Below are positions 26,183 to 35,865 of a stretch of DNA of 64,000 nt, one piece after another. Both the position numbers and the translations under genes were made by a program. Below the pieces are notes generated by a model. It saw nothing but the letters and a program-made list of their open reading frames with translations, was not told the origin of the DNA and searched no databases. Location of the stretch: positions 98,209 through 162,208 of the forward strand of contig CAKPFD010000002.1 in assembly GCA_934149515.1 (NCBI GenBank), given 5' to 3'. Position 1 is the stretch's first letter. Each line of letters opens with the position of its first letter. The stretch comes from an uncultured Bacilli bacterium (lineage in GTDB: Bacteria > Bacillota_I > Bacilli_A > RF39 > UBA660).

Positions 26183-26727
26183 GAATCGTTAGTGGGACTT
26201 ATAAAGGAAGAAATTTACTAGGTTATGATCTAAAAGGAACTCGTCCTACCATGGATAGGGTAAAAGAGTCTTTATTTGCTATGATCCAAGATAAAATAAA
26301 AGAAAGTAATTGCCTTGATTTATTTGCAGGAAGTGGCAATCTAGGTTTAGAAGCCCTAAGCCAAGGAGCTAGTATAGTAACCTTTGTTGATCACAATAAA
26401 AAAGCAATTGATACCATCAAACAAAATATTCAACATCTTTCTATCAAAGAACCAATACATCTTTACAAATTAGATTTTCAACAAGCCCTAAAACAACTAC
26501 CAGCAAATGCTTTTGATATTATTTTTCTTGATCCACCTTATGATACTGACGCAATAGAAATAGCATTAAGAAAAATTCATGACTATCAACTTTTAAAAGA
26601 TGATGGTTATATCATTTTAGAAAGTAATAAGCTTGAAAAAGTCTTGCCCAAACAAATCTATCAAGTTTTGAAATACAAAAAATATGGGGATAAGTATATT
26701 AGTATCATCAAAAAAGCAAATGATTAA
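26179..26727 (+). CDS. rsmD: 16S rRNA (guanine966-N2)-methyltransferase
   Basis: 'MRIVSGTYKGRNL', 'TRPTMDRVKESLF', 'LDLFAGSGNLGLEALSQGA' and 'FLDPPY'. Confidence 0.85.
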   Translation: MRIVSGTYKGRNLLGYDLKGTRPTMDRVKESLFAMIQDKIKESNCLDLFAGSGNLGLEALSQGASIVTFVDHNKKAIDTIKQNIQHLSIKEPIHLYKLDFQQALKQLPANAFDIIFLDPPYDTDAIEIALRKIHDYQLLKDDGYIILESNKLEKVLPKQIYQVLKYKKYGDKYISIIKKAND

Positions 26728-28085
26728 TTTGCCTTTGGTAAAATAAAATAAAAAGTGGTGCCATCCATTTCTTCATCTAAAACCCCATAAGAATAATGGT
26801 GTAATTCTAAAATATTTTTCACAATACAAAGTCCTAATCCAGTACCATAAATTTGTCGTTTATGGTTTTTTCGATTGCGATAATATCGATCAAAAATTTT
26901 CTTCTTGTCTTCTTTATCTAACTTTTCACCACTATTATGAAATGAAACAAGATAACCATTTTCTTGTTCTTTGACCGCAACAATAACAGTTTTATCCTTT
27001 CCAGTATAGTGAATTGCATTTGCAACAAAATTATAAATGACTTGTTCTAATTTCTTTTTATCAGCTTTCACTAATAACGTAGAAAAACAGCTTTCAAATA
27101 AAATAGTATAACCATCTTTTTCTCCGAAAATACTAAATCGTTTTACAATAGCTTTCATAAAAGGAATTAAATCAAATTCTTTGATAGTTAAACTATCCAT
27201 GTTAGCCTCCATTTTACTAAGTGTTAAAATATCACTGACTAGTAAATTCATTCGATCTGCTTCTACCAAAATAGTATCTAAATTTTCACAAATTTTATCA
27301 GGATCGTGTAAATGAATATCCAAAATCATTTCAGCATAGGCTTTAATCATAGTAAGCGGTGTCTTTAAATCATGGGAGATATTGGCCATTAAATCTTTTC
27401 TTAATTCATCGGTTTTTGCTAATTCTATTTTCATTTCATTTAAAGAATCTGTTAATTCTACTAATTCCACAATATCACTATTACATTCAAAAACAGTATT
27501 CATTTTCCCCTTAGCAATCTTACTAGCAGCAATAGAGATAGCAACAATTGGATTACTAATACGCCGCGAAATAAAATAAGCTAAAACAAAACTTAGACCT
27601 AATACAAAAATACTAATGATAGCAAGTTGTTCTTGTAAAATAGCAACGAAAGAATGTAATGGTTCAATAGAAGTAGAAACGAAAATATAAATATCCCCAT
27701 TTTTTAAAGCATAGGTAATGCTTTTATCTTCGAATTTTGGATGTGTAAAAGTATACGTATAAGAAGAACGCCCACTTGTGATAAAGTGCTGTTCAATAAC
27801 TTGATTTTGATAACCAAAAGAATAATTGGAAGTATATAAAGTTGCAAGAGAAGCAGTTGTCATTTCCACATGGATATTTTCTTGATAAGCAAGTCTATCA
27901 ATTGCTTGACTATCCATATTTAAAATTGTATGAGCAATCTGTTTGATTTTTCTTGTTTTCGACCATTCATAATAACGATTGAAAAAAGCAACTTGGAAAA
28001 ACCATAAAAAAATAAAAATAGCAATAGAAAAACCAATTAAATAAAGCCAAATCTTTCGCCTTAATCGTTTACGTTTCATCATCAA
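26724..28085 (-). CDS. sensor histidine kinase (two TM segments, HAMP, HisKA, HATPase)
   Basis: H-box 'ISHDLKTPLT' and G-box 'GTGLGLCIV'. Overlaps the RR gene by 17 nt. Confidence 0.85.
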   Translation of the reverse strand: MMMKRKRLRRKIWLYLIGFSIAIFIFLWFFQVAFFNRYYEWSKTRKIKQIAHTILNMDSQAIDRLAYQENIHVEMTTASLATLYTSNYSFGYQNQVIEQHFITSGRSSYTYTFTHPKFEDKSITYALKNGDIYIFVSTSIEPLHSFVAILQEQLAIISIFVLGLSFVLAYFISRRISNPIVAISIAASKIAKGKMNTVFECNSDIVELVELTDSLNEMKIELAKTDELRKDLMANISHDLKTPLTMIKAYAEMILDIHLHDPDKICENLDTILVEADRMNLLVSDILTLSKMEANMDSLTIKEFDLIPFMKAIVKRFSIFGEKDGYTILFESCFSTLLVKADKKKLEQVIYNFVANAIHYTGKDKTVIVAVKEQENGYLVSFHNSGEKLDKEDKKKIFDRYYRNRKNHKRQIYGTGLGLCIVKNILELHHYSYGVLDEEMDGTTFYFILPKAN

Positions 28086-28743
28086 ATTTATATCCTACTC
28101 CTCGAACGGTAACAATAAATTTTCGGTAACATCCTAAATTATTGCGTAACATTTTAATGTGGGTATCGATCGTTCTATCATCATCATAAAAATGATACCC
28201 CCACAATTCTTTTAATAATTCTTCTCTTGAAATAGCTATTTTCCGCTTCGTAATAAAATATTGTAATAATTCAAATTCTTTTGGTGTTAAAAAGACTTGT
28301 TTACCATCTACAAAAACTGTATGCTCTAAAAAATGAACAACTAAACCATCTTTTTCATAATAGGGCATACTAGGATACACACGATTTAAAACCGCTTTAA
28401 TTCTAGCCATTAATTCTTTAGGAGAAAATGGTTTACACAAATAATCATCAATTCCCATTTCAAATCCTGCCAGTTTATCTACTTCATCATCTAAAGCTGA
28501 TAGGATAATGGTTGGTACTTTTTTCTTGATGGAGGATAATGATTCAAGTAATGTCATCCCATCCAACTTTGGCATCATTACATCTAATACCATCAAATCA
28601 ACTACTTCTGTTTGTAATAATTGAAATGCTTCCTTGCCATCTTCTGCTTCTAATACATGATATCCTTCCTTTTTGGCATATTCACAAATCACCTTTCGAA
28701 TATCTTTTTCATCATCTACAATTAATAAACATCGCGTCTGCAT
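28069..28743 (-). CDS. OmpR-family response regulator
   Basis: Receiver 'LIVDDEKDI...DLMVLDVMMPKLDG' and winged-helix 'VRGVGYKF'. Confidence 0.9.
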   Translation of the reverse strand: MQTRCLLIVDDEKDIRKVICEYAKKEGYHVLEAEDGKEAFQLLQTEVVDLMVLDVMMPKLDGMTLLESLSSIKKKVPTIILSALDDEVDKLAGFEMGIDDYLCKPFSPKELMARIKAVLNRVYPSMPYYEKDGLVVHFLEHTVFVDGKQVFLTPKEFELLQYFITKRKIAISREELLKELWGYHFYDDDRTIDTHIKMLRNNLGCYRKFIVTVRGVGYKFDDET

Positions 28744-28793
28744 CCTTGCGTCACCTCAAGAAGTATTATACACGTATAATGCAGGTAAGTAAA

Positions 28794-30086
28794 TTATTGA
28801 AACGCTCGTTTTACTTGATAATAATTATAAAATGTCATAAAGAAAATATTACAACTGGTCGCAATGATCAACCCCCAAAGACCAATATGTAGTAAGGAGA
28901 ATCCAAAAAGAAATATAGTTCTGATTAAAGTAGAAAACAATATAGCTTTAAAATTATCTTTACTTCTACCCATGGCATCTAAACTAGCAGAAAGAGGTGC
29001 TTGTATATACTGTAGTAAGAAAATAGGAGCTAAAACTCGTAAATAAGTACTACCACTCTTAGTGTGATAGATAAGTTGCAAAAACACTTCAGGATAAAGC
29101 ATGAACAAAATGCTAATCGGCACTCCAATTAATAAAGAAAAAAAGATAGCTTGTTTCACTTTTCTTATCGCTTCTTGTTTTTTCTTTTTGACCATCAGTT
29201 TAGCAATCACTGGTAATAGGGCTTGAGAAATGGCTAATGTAAAAAAAGAAGGTAACAATAATAATGGTAAAACAAACCCACTTAAAATACCATATTGCTT
29301 TAATACAAAAGAAGAAGAATACCCACAAAAATAAAGTGTAGATGTTAAAATAATAGGTTCTAAGAAATAGCCAATGGATCCAACAAAACGACTAGCTGTA
29401 CTAGGAATACTAATATGCATTGCTTCTTTGACATAATCTTTTGAAAAAGCAAAGTCACTACGTTTCAATTGTAAATGTTTTGGTAAAAAGAAATATAAAA
29501 CAACAATAGAAGAAAGTTCACTAATAACATTAGTTAAAATAATAAAACTAACCGTCTTTTCTAAACCTCTATCTAAAAACATTGGAACAAACAAGATAAT
29601 TAATAATAAACGAACAATATCTTCTAAAACATTAGAAACTACATGAGGTAACATTTGTTGTTTACCAAAAAAATAACTTCGAACAATACCAGAGCAACTA
29701 GTAAGTGGCAATACAACACACATAGCAAGAATAGGAAGCTGACTACGAGGTTCATGTAAAAATTGAATTGCAAGTGTACGACAAGAAAAAATGACAAAGA
29801 AAATAATCGTTAAATTGACAATAAGAGAAATAGGTAATAAAGAAAATAAAAGTTGGCGATTATTCTTTGTATCCTCTGCAACTAATTTGGATAAAGCAAC
29901 AGGAATACCAAACTGACAAATACCAATTAACAAAGAAAAAGTAGGGAGTACCAACATATAAAGTCCCATACCTTCACTACCTAACATTCTACTCATACAC
30001 ATCTTGATAATCATACCAAGTAACTTTGTTAAAAAGCCACCAATCATCAAAATCAGTGTTGAAATAATAAATTTTTCCCGTCTCAT
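28794..30086 (-). CDS. MOP-superfamily flippase (SpoVB/MurJ-like polysaccharide biosynthesis protein)
   Basis: 430-aa polytopic membrane protein. The N-terminus 'FIISTLILMIGGFLTKLLGMIIKMCMSRMLGSEGMGLYMLVLPTF' is typical of SpoVB-type proteins. Confidence 0.7.
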   Translation of the reverse strand: MRREKFIISTLILMIGGFLTKLLGMIIKMCMSRMLGSEGMGLYMLVLPTFSLLIGICQFGIPVALSKLVAEDTKNNRQLLFSLLPISLIVNLTIIFFVIFSCRTLAIQFLHEPRSQLPILAMCVVLPLTSCSGIVRSYFFGKQQMLPHVVSNVLEDIVRLLLIILFVPMFLDRGLEKTVSFIILTNVISELSSIVVLYFFLPKHLQLKRSDFAFSKDYVKEAMHISIPSTASRFVGSIGYFLEPIILTSTLYFCGYSSSFVLKQYGILSGFVLPLLLLPSFFTLAISQALLPVIAKLMVKKKKQEAIRKVKQAIFFSLLIGVPISILFMLYPEVFLQLIYHTKSGSTYLRVLAPIFLLQYIQAPLSASLDAMGRSKDNFKAILFSTLIRTIFLFGFSLLHIGLWGLIIATSCNIFFMTFYNYYQVKRAFQ

Positions 30087-30264
30087 ATTAGCACCTCTTT
30101 GTTAACACTATATGAAAAAAGAAATGGAAAATAGATAAAATATTTTTACTTTTATTTGTCAATATCCTAAAAACTTTTTAAGAAAAAAATTCGCAATGAC
30201 TTGTTAGGTGCTATTTATCTGTGATACACTTATAACAAGAATAGTAGTAGAGGTGAAGCAGAAA

Positions 30265-31557
30265 GTGAAAGAAATCATGGAGTTTTTAAAAATGAAAGAA
30301 GTTATTGTTATTCTGATTATATTAGCAATTATTCTAGTCGCTTATTTTGTTTTTTGGTTGATAGATTTTATGAAAGCAAGAGAATCAAAGAAGATTTTAA
30401 AAAATAATACGGCACAATTAAACCGTTTAGTAGAACAAGTAAGACAAGAGCAAGAAAAAGAAAAGCAAAAGCAGAAAGCTTTGAAAGCAAAAGAAGTAGA
30501 AGCACAAGCAATAAAGCAACCAGTTGCAGTAGCAGAAGAAACAAAAGTAAAAGAAGAAGTAATCGAAAAAGAAGAACCAACACCAAAAGTTGTTGAACAA
30601 CAAGAAATCGCAAGACCAAGTGTTACCATTGAAAAAGGATTTACTTCTCCAATTGAGATAGAACCTATCCTTGTCCAACAAGAACCAGCAAAACAAGAAT
30701 CAATGATCGATAATTTAGTATTTCAAAAACAACAAGAAAACAACATGGACCTAACGCAACCAATTCAAACGATCGAATATAAAGATGAAGTATATACAAA
30801 ACAAGAAGCCCAAGCCGAACTAGAACGTTTAAAACAAGAATTAATAAAACAAGAAGAACAAGAAAGAAAACAACAAGAAATGCTCCAAAAGCAACAACAA
30901 GAACAACAACGTCAAGAAGAATTAAAACGTCAAGAAGAATTAAAACGTCAAGAAGAATTAAAACGTCAAGAAGCCATCAAACAACAACAGGAAGCAATCA
31001 GACAACAAGAAGCCTTAAAACAGCAAGAGGCTTTAAAACAACAGGAGGCAAAAAATATTGCTTTAACTCAATTTGAAATGAGTCAAGAGGAAAATGCTAT
31101 CATCAGCTTAGATGAATTGTTGACCAAGGGAAAAACATTAATGTATAACAACGAATTAACACAGTATGAAGATGAAGGTAATGAACCAATTACAATTCAA
31201 GAATTAGAAAAACGTTATAAAGAAGAACAACAGATTACATCACCTTTGATGCAAGAAACTAAGCAAGAACAACCAAAAGAAGAAGTCATTGAAAGCTTAG
31301 AAACACCACAACCAGTAACAGAAAAGAAAATTGAACAAGTCGCATTATTTGATTTACAATCAGCACCTTACCAAGCCAATACCTATAAACCAAGCCCTGT
31401 CATCAGTCCAATTTATGGAATTGAAAAAGAAAAGGCTTTATCACAAACAAGTATTGAACTAGAAAATACAGCAAATTATGAAAAATTAGATGAAGAAATA
31501 AGAAAAACAAATGAATTTCTATCTAAGTTAAGAGAATTACAAAAGAATCTAGATTAA
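30265..31557 (+). CDS. membrane-anchored E/Q/K-rich coiled-coil protein
   Basis: GTG 30265 follows the RBS AGAGGTGA. One N-terminal TM segment, a long charged repeat region and a conserved-looking C-terminus 'YKPSPVISPIYGIEKE'. Confidence 0.6.
   Translation: MKEIMEFLKMKEVIVILIILAIILVAYFVFWLIDFMKARESKKILKNNTAQLNRLVEQVRQEQEKEKQKQKALKAKEVEAQAIKQPVAVAEETKVKEEVIEKEEPTPKVVEQQEIARPSVTIEKGFTSPIEIEPILVQQEPAKQESMIDNLVFQKQQENNMDLTQPIQTIEYKDEVYTKQEAQAELERLKQELIKQEEQERKQQEMLQKQQQEQQRQEELKRQEELKRQEELKRQEAIKQQQEAIRQQEALKQQEALKQQEAKNIALTQFEMSQEENAIISLDELLTKGKTLMYNNELTQYEDEGNEPITIQELEKRYKEEQQITSPLMQETKQEQPKEEVIESLETPQPVTEKKIEQVALFDLQSAPYQANTYKPSPVISPIYGIEKEKALSQTSIELENTANYEKLDEEIRKTNEFLSKLRELQKNLD
30910..30975 (+). 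repeat. 18-bp in-frame tandem repeat (RQEELK x3, plus a partial copy)
   Basis: 'cgtcaagaagaattaaaa' is repeated three times exactly, followed by a diverged copy. Confidence 0.8.
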
Positions 31558-31636
31558 AACAAGAAAGGAAAGTTTGCAATGAAAGTACAAATTCCTCATA
31601 AAAACACATTGGTATATGTAAACTCAAAGTTAACCT

Positions 31637-31645
31637 GGGGGGGGG
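31637..31645 (+). repeat. G9 homopolymer tract
   Basis: 'cctgggggggggtac'. Lies 109 nt upstream of the paralog B start. Confidence 0.9.
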
Positions 31646-31687
31646 TACTTTAAGAGATTAGAAAACTTCCTATTTCTATAAGAATGA

Positions 31688-31722
31688 TGATCAGGCTGAA
31701 ACGACAATTATCTTGATCTTTT
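31688..31722 (+). terminator. terminator-like hairpin about 30 nt upstream of the paralog B start
   Basis: GATCAGG (31688-31694) pairs with CTTGATC (31711-31717, one G-U pair), followed by TTTTT. Homologous to the hairpin at 22661-22694. Confidence 0.45.
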
Positions 31723-31753
31723 TCGTGTATATTTATAGACAAGGAGTAAAAAG

Positions 31754-33686
31754 ATGGAAGAACTAAAAACTAATCAAGAAAAGATAGTAATGATACTAGC
31801 AATGCTTGTTTTATTTATTGCAGTGATTGGCATCAGTTATGCAGCATTTAGTTATACAAGAACAGGGGAGAAATTAAATGCCATAACAACAGGTGTTATC
31901 AGAATGAGTTATGAAGAAAGTAGTAATGTGATATCAATTGATAAAGCCTTACCAACAACAGATGCCACAGGTAAGGTAAGATTGAAAGATGGAGAATATT
32001 TTGATTTTACATTATCTACAACCATTCAAGGATCAACTAATGTTAACTGGGAAATAGCAGCAGAAGATGTTACAACTGGTAGCAAGAAAATTGATGGTAA
32101 ATATATTAAATTATATCTAACAGAAGTAGATAGTTCAGGAACCGAAACAGAAGTAATGGCACCAGCGACTTATAGTGCTGATACTAGTGCAAATGATTAT
32201 ACTGGAAGACCAGCTAATATGATGAGTTTAGCAATGGGATCAACCTCTACAACTTTTAATAAGAAATATCGTTTAAGAATGTATGTAGATGAATCTTACA
32301 ATCCACAAGGGGATGGAGGAAACTTAGTATTTTCCGTTAAAGTAAATGCTTATGGTAAGACAGGAGAGAAAAACACTACTACATCTAGTACGGTTACAAA
32401 ACTCTTATCAGGTTTAGGAACCAATGCTGTTGTTGATACCTCTGATTCAGAACAAACCTTTGTCACGGGAACTGATCCAAATAATTACATTTGGTATAGT
32501 GGAAAACTATGGAGAGTAGTATCTGTTGATCCATCTGATAATAGTGTAAAACTAATCACGCAGTGGAATATATCAGCAATACCATATAACGAAGAGAATA
32601 ATACAGTTTTTGAAGGAAGTTATATGCAACAATGGTTAAATGATACAACAGTAGATGGTTTCTTAGGAAATTTAAGAGATTATGAAAAATTCATTAAAAC
32701 AGATAGTGTTTGGAATGCCACATTAACAACCGAAACGACAAAACCAGCAAAAACAACCATGGTAACAAGTGCTGTTGGACTCCTTAATATTTATGAATAC
32801 ATAACAACCTGTAAAAATACTACAAATGAGGTAGTATATTTAAATAATGGTCTACCTTGGTATACATTAACACCAGCGAATTCTACTGGTGTTTGGTATG
32901 TAGATGAATACGGATATGATAGCGATAGCATTAGTTCTGATCTGTCAAGAGCAGGATGGTACGGTATTCGCCCAGTAATTAATCTAAAGCCAGATGTGGA
33001 AATTATATCAGGAACAGGAACAGAAAGTGATCCATATCGTTTAAAAGGAGATGATGGTACACCAGAATCAGGAACAAAACTAGCAACAAGATATAGTGGT
33101 GAATACATTCGATTTGGAACAGGAGAAAACAATTTATATCAAATTGTTAGTCATGAAATAGAAGGAACAACAAAAATAGTCAGTACAGCCCCATTAAAAG
33201 AAGATGGAGAATATAAAATACTAGAGTTTGGCAAGAGGCCGATTTATTCAATAAATTCTTCTATTGGTAGTTTTTTAAATGGTGAATATCTAACAAGTGA
33301 AATTTATTTAACATCTTCTCAAAAAAATATGATTGAGGATAATATAACATGGTATTTAGGCGAAGTTGATATGTATCAAAATTATAAATTAGCAAAATAT
33401 ACAAGTGCATCAAGTACTAAGTTAACTTCAAATACCACCACAGCAAAAATTGGTTTATTAAGACTTGGAGAATTGATGCCTACCCAATTTTTACATATAA
33501 TGATGAAATAGAAAGTGATTGGACATTAACGCCCAGTTCATGGCTTAGCAATTATGCAAGAATATTACAAATGAGTTCTCGTGATGTAGGTGGTATTTGT
33601 CCCAGTATGTTCCTAAAATCAAATGTCATCATAACAGGTGGTGATGGTACCAAGGAAAACCCATTCGAAATAGCACTTGCAAGTTA
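31754..33686 (+). pseudogene. surface protein paralog B, interrupted by a -1 frameshift in a T5 run (33488-33492)
   Basis: RBS AAGGAG. Signal 'FIAVIGISYAAFSY'. The reading frame stops at 33509-33511. The homologous C-terminus 'FTYNDEIESDWTLTP...GGDGTKENPFEIALAS*' continues in the next frame to 33686. A T6 run would restore 'LGELMPTQFFTYNDE...'. Confidence 0.8.
32435..33686 (+). repeat. dispersed repeat copy 2 (3' two-thirds of paralog B), homologous to 23331-24584
   Basis: See copy 1. The encoded segments 'DTSDSEQTF(I/V)TGTDPNNYIWYSGKLWR' and 'SGTKLATRYSGEYIRFGTGENNLYQIVSHE' are near-identical. Confidence 0.7.
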
Positions 33687-33707
33687 GGAAGATATCTTCC
33701 TTTTTTT
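33686..33707 (+). terminator. intrinsic terminator of paralog B
   Basis: Perfect palindrome AGGAAGATATCTTCCT followed by T7. Confidence 0.75.
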
Positions 33708-33787
33708 GGTTACTGCTAATAATATTTTTCCTTGAACTTACCCATAAATAATGATAGAATAAAATTAGTAATTGTAGAGGTGATAAT

Positions 33788-34036
33788 ATGAATCAAGATC
33801 AAACAATGTTATTTCATCTAGATAACACTTCCTCAAAAGAAGTACATAGAATCTTAAAGGAAGTATATCAATCCTTAAAAGAACGTGGCTATAATCCAAT
33901 TAATCAAATTGTTGGTTATTTAGTCAGCGGTGATTTGGGGTATATTTCTAGCTATCAAGGTGCAAGAGGAAAAATGCAAGCCTTAGATCGTAGTAGAATC
34001 CTAGAAGTGTTGCTAACGGATGTGATCTTAAAGTAA
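33788..34036 (+). CDS. IreB-family regulatory phosphoprotein (UPF0297/YrzL)
   Basis: 'VYQSLKERGYNPINQIVGYLVSGDLGYISSYQGAR'. Confidence 0.8.
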   Translation: MNQDQTMLFHLDNTSSKEVHRILKEVYQSLKERGYNPINQIVGYLVSGDLGYISSYQGARGKMQALDRSRILEVLLTDVILK

Positions 34037-34449
34037 TGCGCTATTTAGGACTTGATTTTGGTACAAAAACGATTGGTCTTGCGATCAGTGATAGAACAGG
34101 ATTGATTGCTACTAGTTATCAAGTATTAAGACATGATAATGATCCTAGTACCTGTCTTCCTGCTTTAGAAGAAATTATCAAAAAAGAACAAATAGAAGCC
34201 TTGGTATTAGGATATCCAAAAAATATGAACAACACAATTGGCCCAAGAGCAAAAGCTACACTTGACTTTCAAAGCAAATTGCAAGATACTTTTTCTCTTC
34301 CAGTTTTCTTAGAAGATGAACGCCTAAGTACTGTAAGTGCAGAGCAAACCTTGATAAAAGCCAATATGCAACGAAAAAAACGAAAAGAAGTTATTGATTC
34401 TGTTGCGGCTACAATTATACTACAAGCATATTTAGATAAAAGGAGATAA
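34036..34449 (+). CDS. ruvX: putative pre-16S rRNA nuclease / Holliday junction resolvase-like YqgF
   Basis: 'MRYLGLDFGTKTIGLAISD' and 'DERLSTVSAE'. Confidence 0.9.
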   Translation: MRYLGLDFGTKTIGLAISDRTGLIATSYQVLRHDNDPSTCLPALEEIIKKEQIEALVLGYPKNMNNTIGPRAKATLDFQSKLQDTFSLPVFLEDERLSTVSAEQTLIKANMQRKKRKEVIDSVAATIILQAYLDKRR

Positions 34450-34452
34450 AAA

Positions 34453-34764
34453 ATGAACGATAAAGACGAAATGATGGGAAAGAGCAATTTTATAAGTAAT
34501 CAGCTAATTATAGGTGACACAGTATATGATGTGTTATTCACTTTTGATAGTGATGAAACTAATAAAAGTTACATTGCCTTTACCGATAACTCACAAGATG
34601 AAAACGGAAACACTCAAGTAATTGCAAAGGTTTACACTATTATAGGAGATAACGAAATAAAATTTGAGGAGATTGAAACAGATAAAGAATGGAAGATAGT
34701 TGAAGCGGTTTTAGATGAAATTCAAGAAGCAATAAATGATCCGAATAATACAGATGAGCAATAA
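34453..34764 (+). CDS. DUF1292 (YrzB-like) protein
   Basis: 'YDVLFTFDSDETNKSYIAFTDN', and its position between ruvX and mltG as in Bacillus. Confidence 0.7.
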   Translation: MNDKDEMMGKSNFISNQLIIGDTVYDVLFTFDSDETNKSYIAFTDNSQDENGNTQVIAKVYTIIGDNEIKFEEIETDKEWKIVEAVLDEIQEAINDPNNTDEQ

Positions 34765-34800
34765 TACTCATCTTTTCATCATAAAAAGGGAAGTGATTGT

Positions 34801-35865
34801 GTGAAGAAAACGCGCATTTTAGCTGTTTTTTGTGCCATCGTTGGAGTCTTGATGATTACGTTATTTCTTTATTATCAATACCAACTCTTGCCAGCAGATA
34901 AAACCTCAAAAGCCGATATAGAAGTGATTATTCCATCTGGGATGACGACAGACAGTATAGCAACAATATTAGAAAAGAAAGGCTTAATTAAGAGCAAAAC
35001 ATTTTTTAAAGTTTACTTAAAACTAAATCATGTAACCTCTTTGAAGGCTTCAACTTATACCTTGAAAAAAAATATGTCCTTAAATAAAATTGTTGAACAA
35101 TTAGAAAAAGGCAACACTTATAACGCAAATGCTGTAAGTTTAACGTTTCAAGAAGGAAAAACCATTACCGATTATGCAACCTTAATTGAAAGTAAAACAG
35201 CAATATCAAAAGCAGAGTTTCTAGCAAAAATGAAAGATGAAACCTATATAAGAACCTTAATTGATTCTTATTGGTTTTTGACAGAAGATATTTTAAATCC
35301 TGATATCTACTATCCACTAGAAGGATATCTTGCTCCAGATACATATGAATTTATCAACCAACAAGTAAGTATTGAGGAAATTGTTAAAAAGCTGTTAGAT
35401 CAAGAAGAAAAAAATTTAGAAAAGAACAAGCAAACCTTACAAGCTAAGAATATTCATCAAACTCTAACCCTTGCTTCTATTACCGAATTAGAAGGTGTAA
35501 CAAGTAGCGATCGTAAAAAAATTGTCGGTGTTTTTCAAAATCGTCTAGCTAAGGGAATGAATTTAGGAAGCGATGTAACAACATATTATGCTTTTCAACA
35601 AACAATGGATAAAGATTTGACTTCCACAATGTTTAATACTTATAATCCATACAATACAAGAAGTGAAAAAATGGCGGGAAAACTTCCAGTAGGACCAATA
35701 TGTAACCCCTCAAAAGAAAGCATCGAAGCCGCACTTCACCCAACAGCAAGCGATAACTTGTATTTTGTGGCAGATAAAAATGGGAAAGTATATTATACCA
35801 AAACACAGCAGGAACATAATGCAAAAGTAAAAGAATTGAAAGAAAATGGTGACTGGATATGGTAG
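34801..35865 (+). CDS. mltG: endolytic murein transglycosylase (YceG-like)
   Basis: N-terminal TM segment, 'GVFQNRLAKGMNLGSDVTTYYA' and 'YNTRSEKMAGKLPVGPICNPS'. Confidence 0.9.
   Translation: MKKTRILAVFCAIVGVLMITLFLYYQYQLLPADKTSKADIEVIIPSGMTTDSIATILEKKGLIKSKTFFKVYLKLNHVTSLKASTYTLKKNMSLNKIVEQLEKGNTYNANAVSLTFQEGKTITDYATLIESKTAISKAEFLAKMKDETYIRTLIDSYWFLTEDILNPDIYYPLEGYLAPDTYEFINQQVSIEEIVKKLLDQEEKNLEKNKQTLQAKNIHQTLTLASITELEGVTSSDRKKIVGVFQNRLAKGMNLGSDVTTYYAFQQTMDKDLTSTMFNTYNPYNTRSEKMAGKLPVGPICNPSKESIEAALHPTASDNLYFVADKNGKVYYTKTQQEHNAKVKELKENGDWIW

Noticed and set aside
30342-30696. Three overlapping minus-strand ORFs (83-95 aa) rich in L, F, S and C.
   Set aside because: They are antisense low-complexity artefacts of the E/Q/K-rich coding region of the 30265-31557 gene.
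31579-31653. The 24-codon ORF containing the G9 tract as a real, phase-variable gene.
   Set aside because: All three tract-length frames terminate within a few codons, so tract-length changes do not unlock a longer product. It is treated as part of a regulatory region rather than as a gene.
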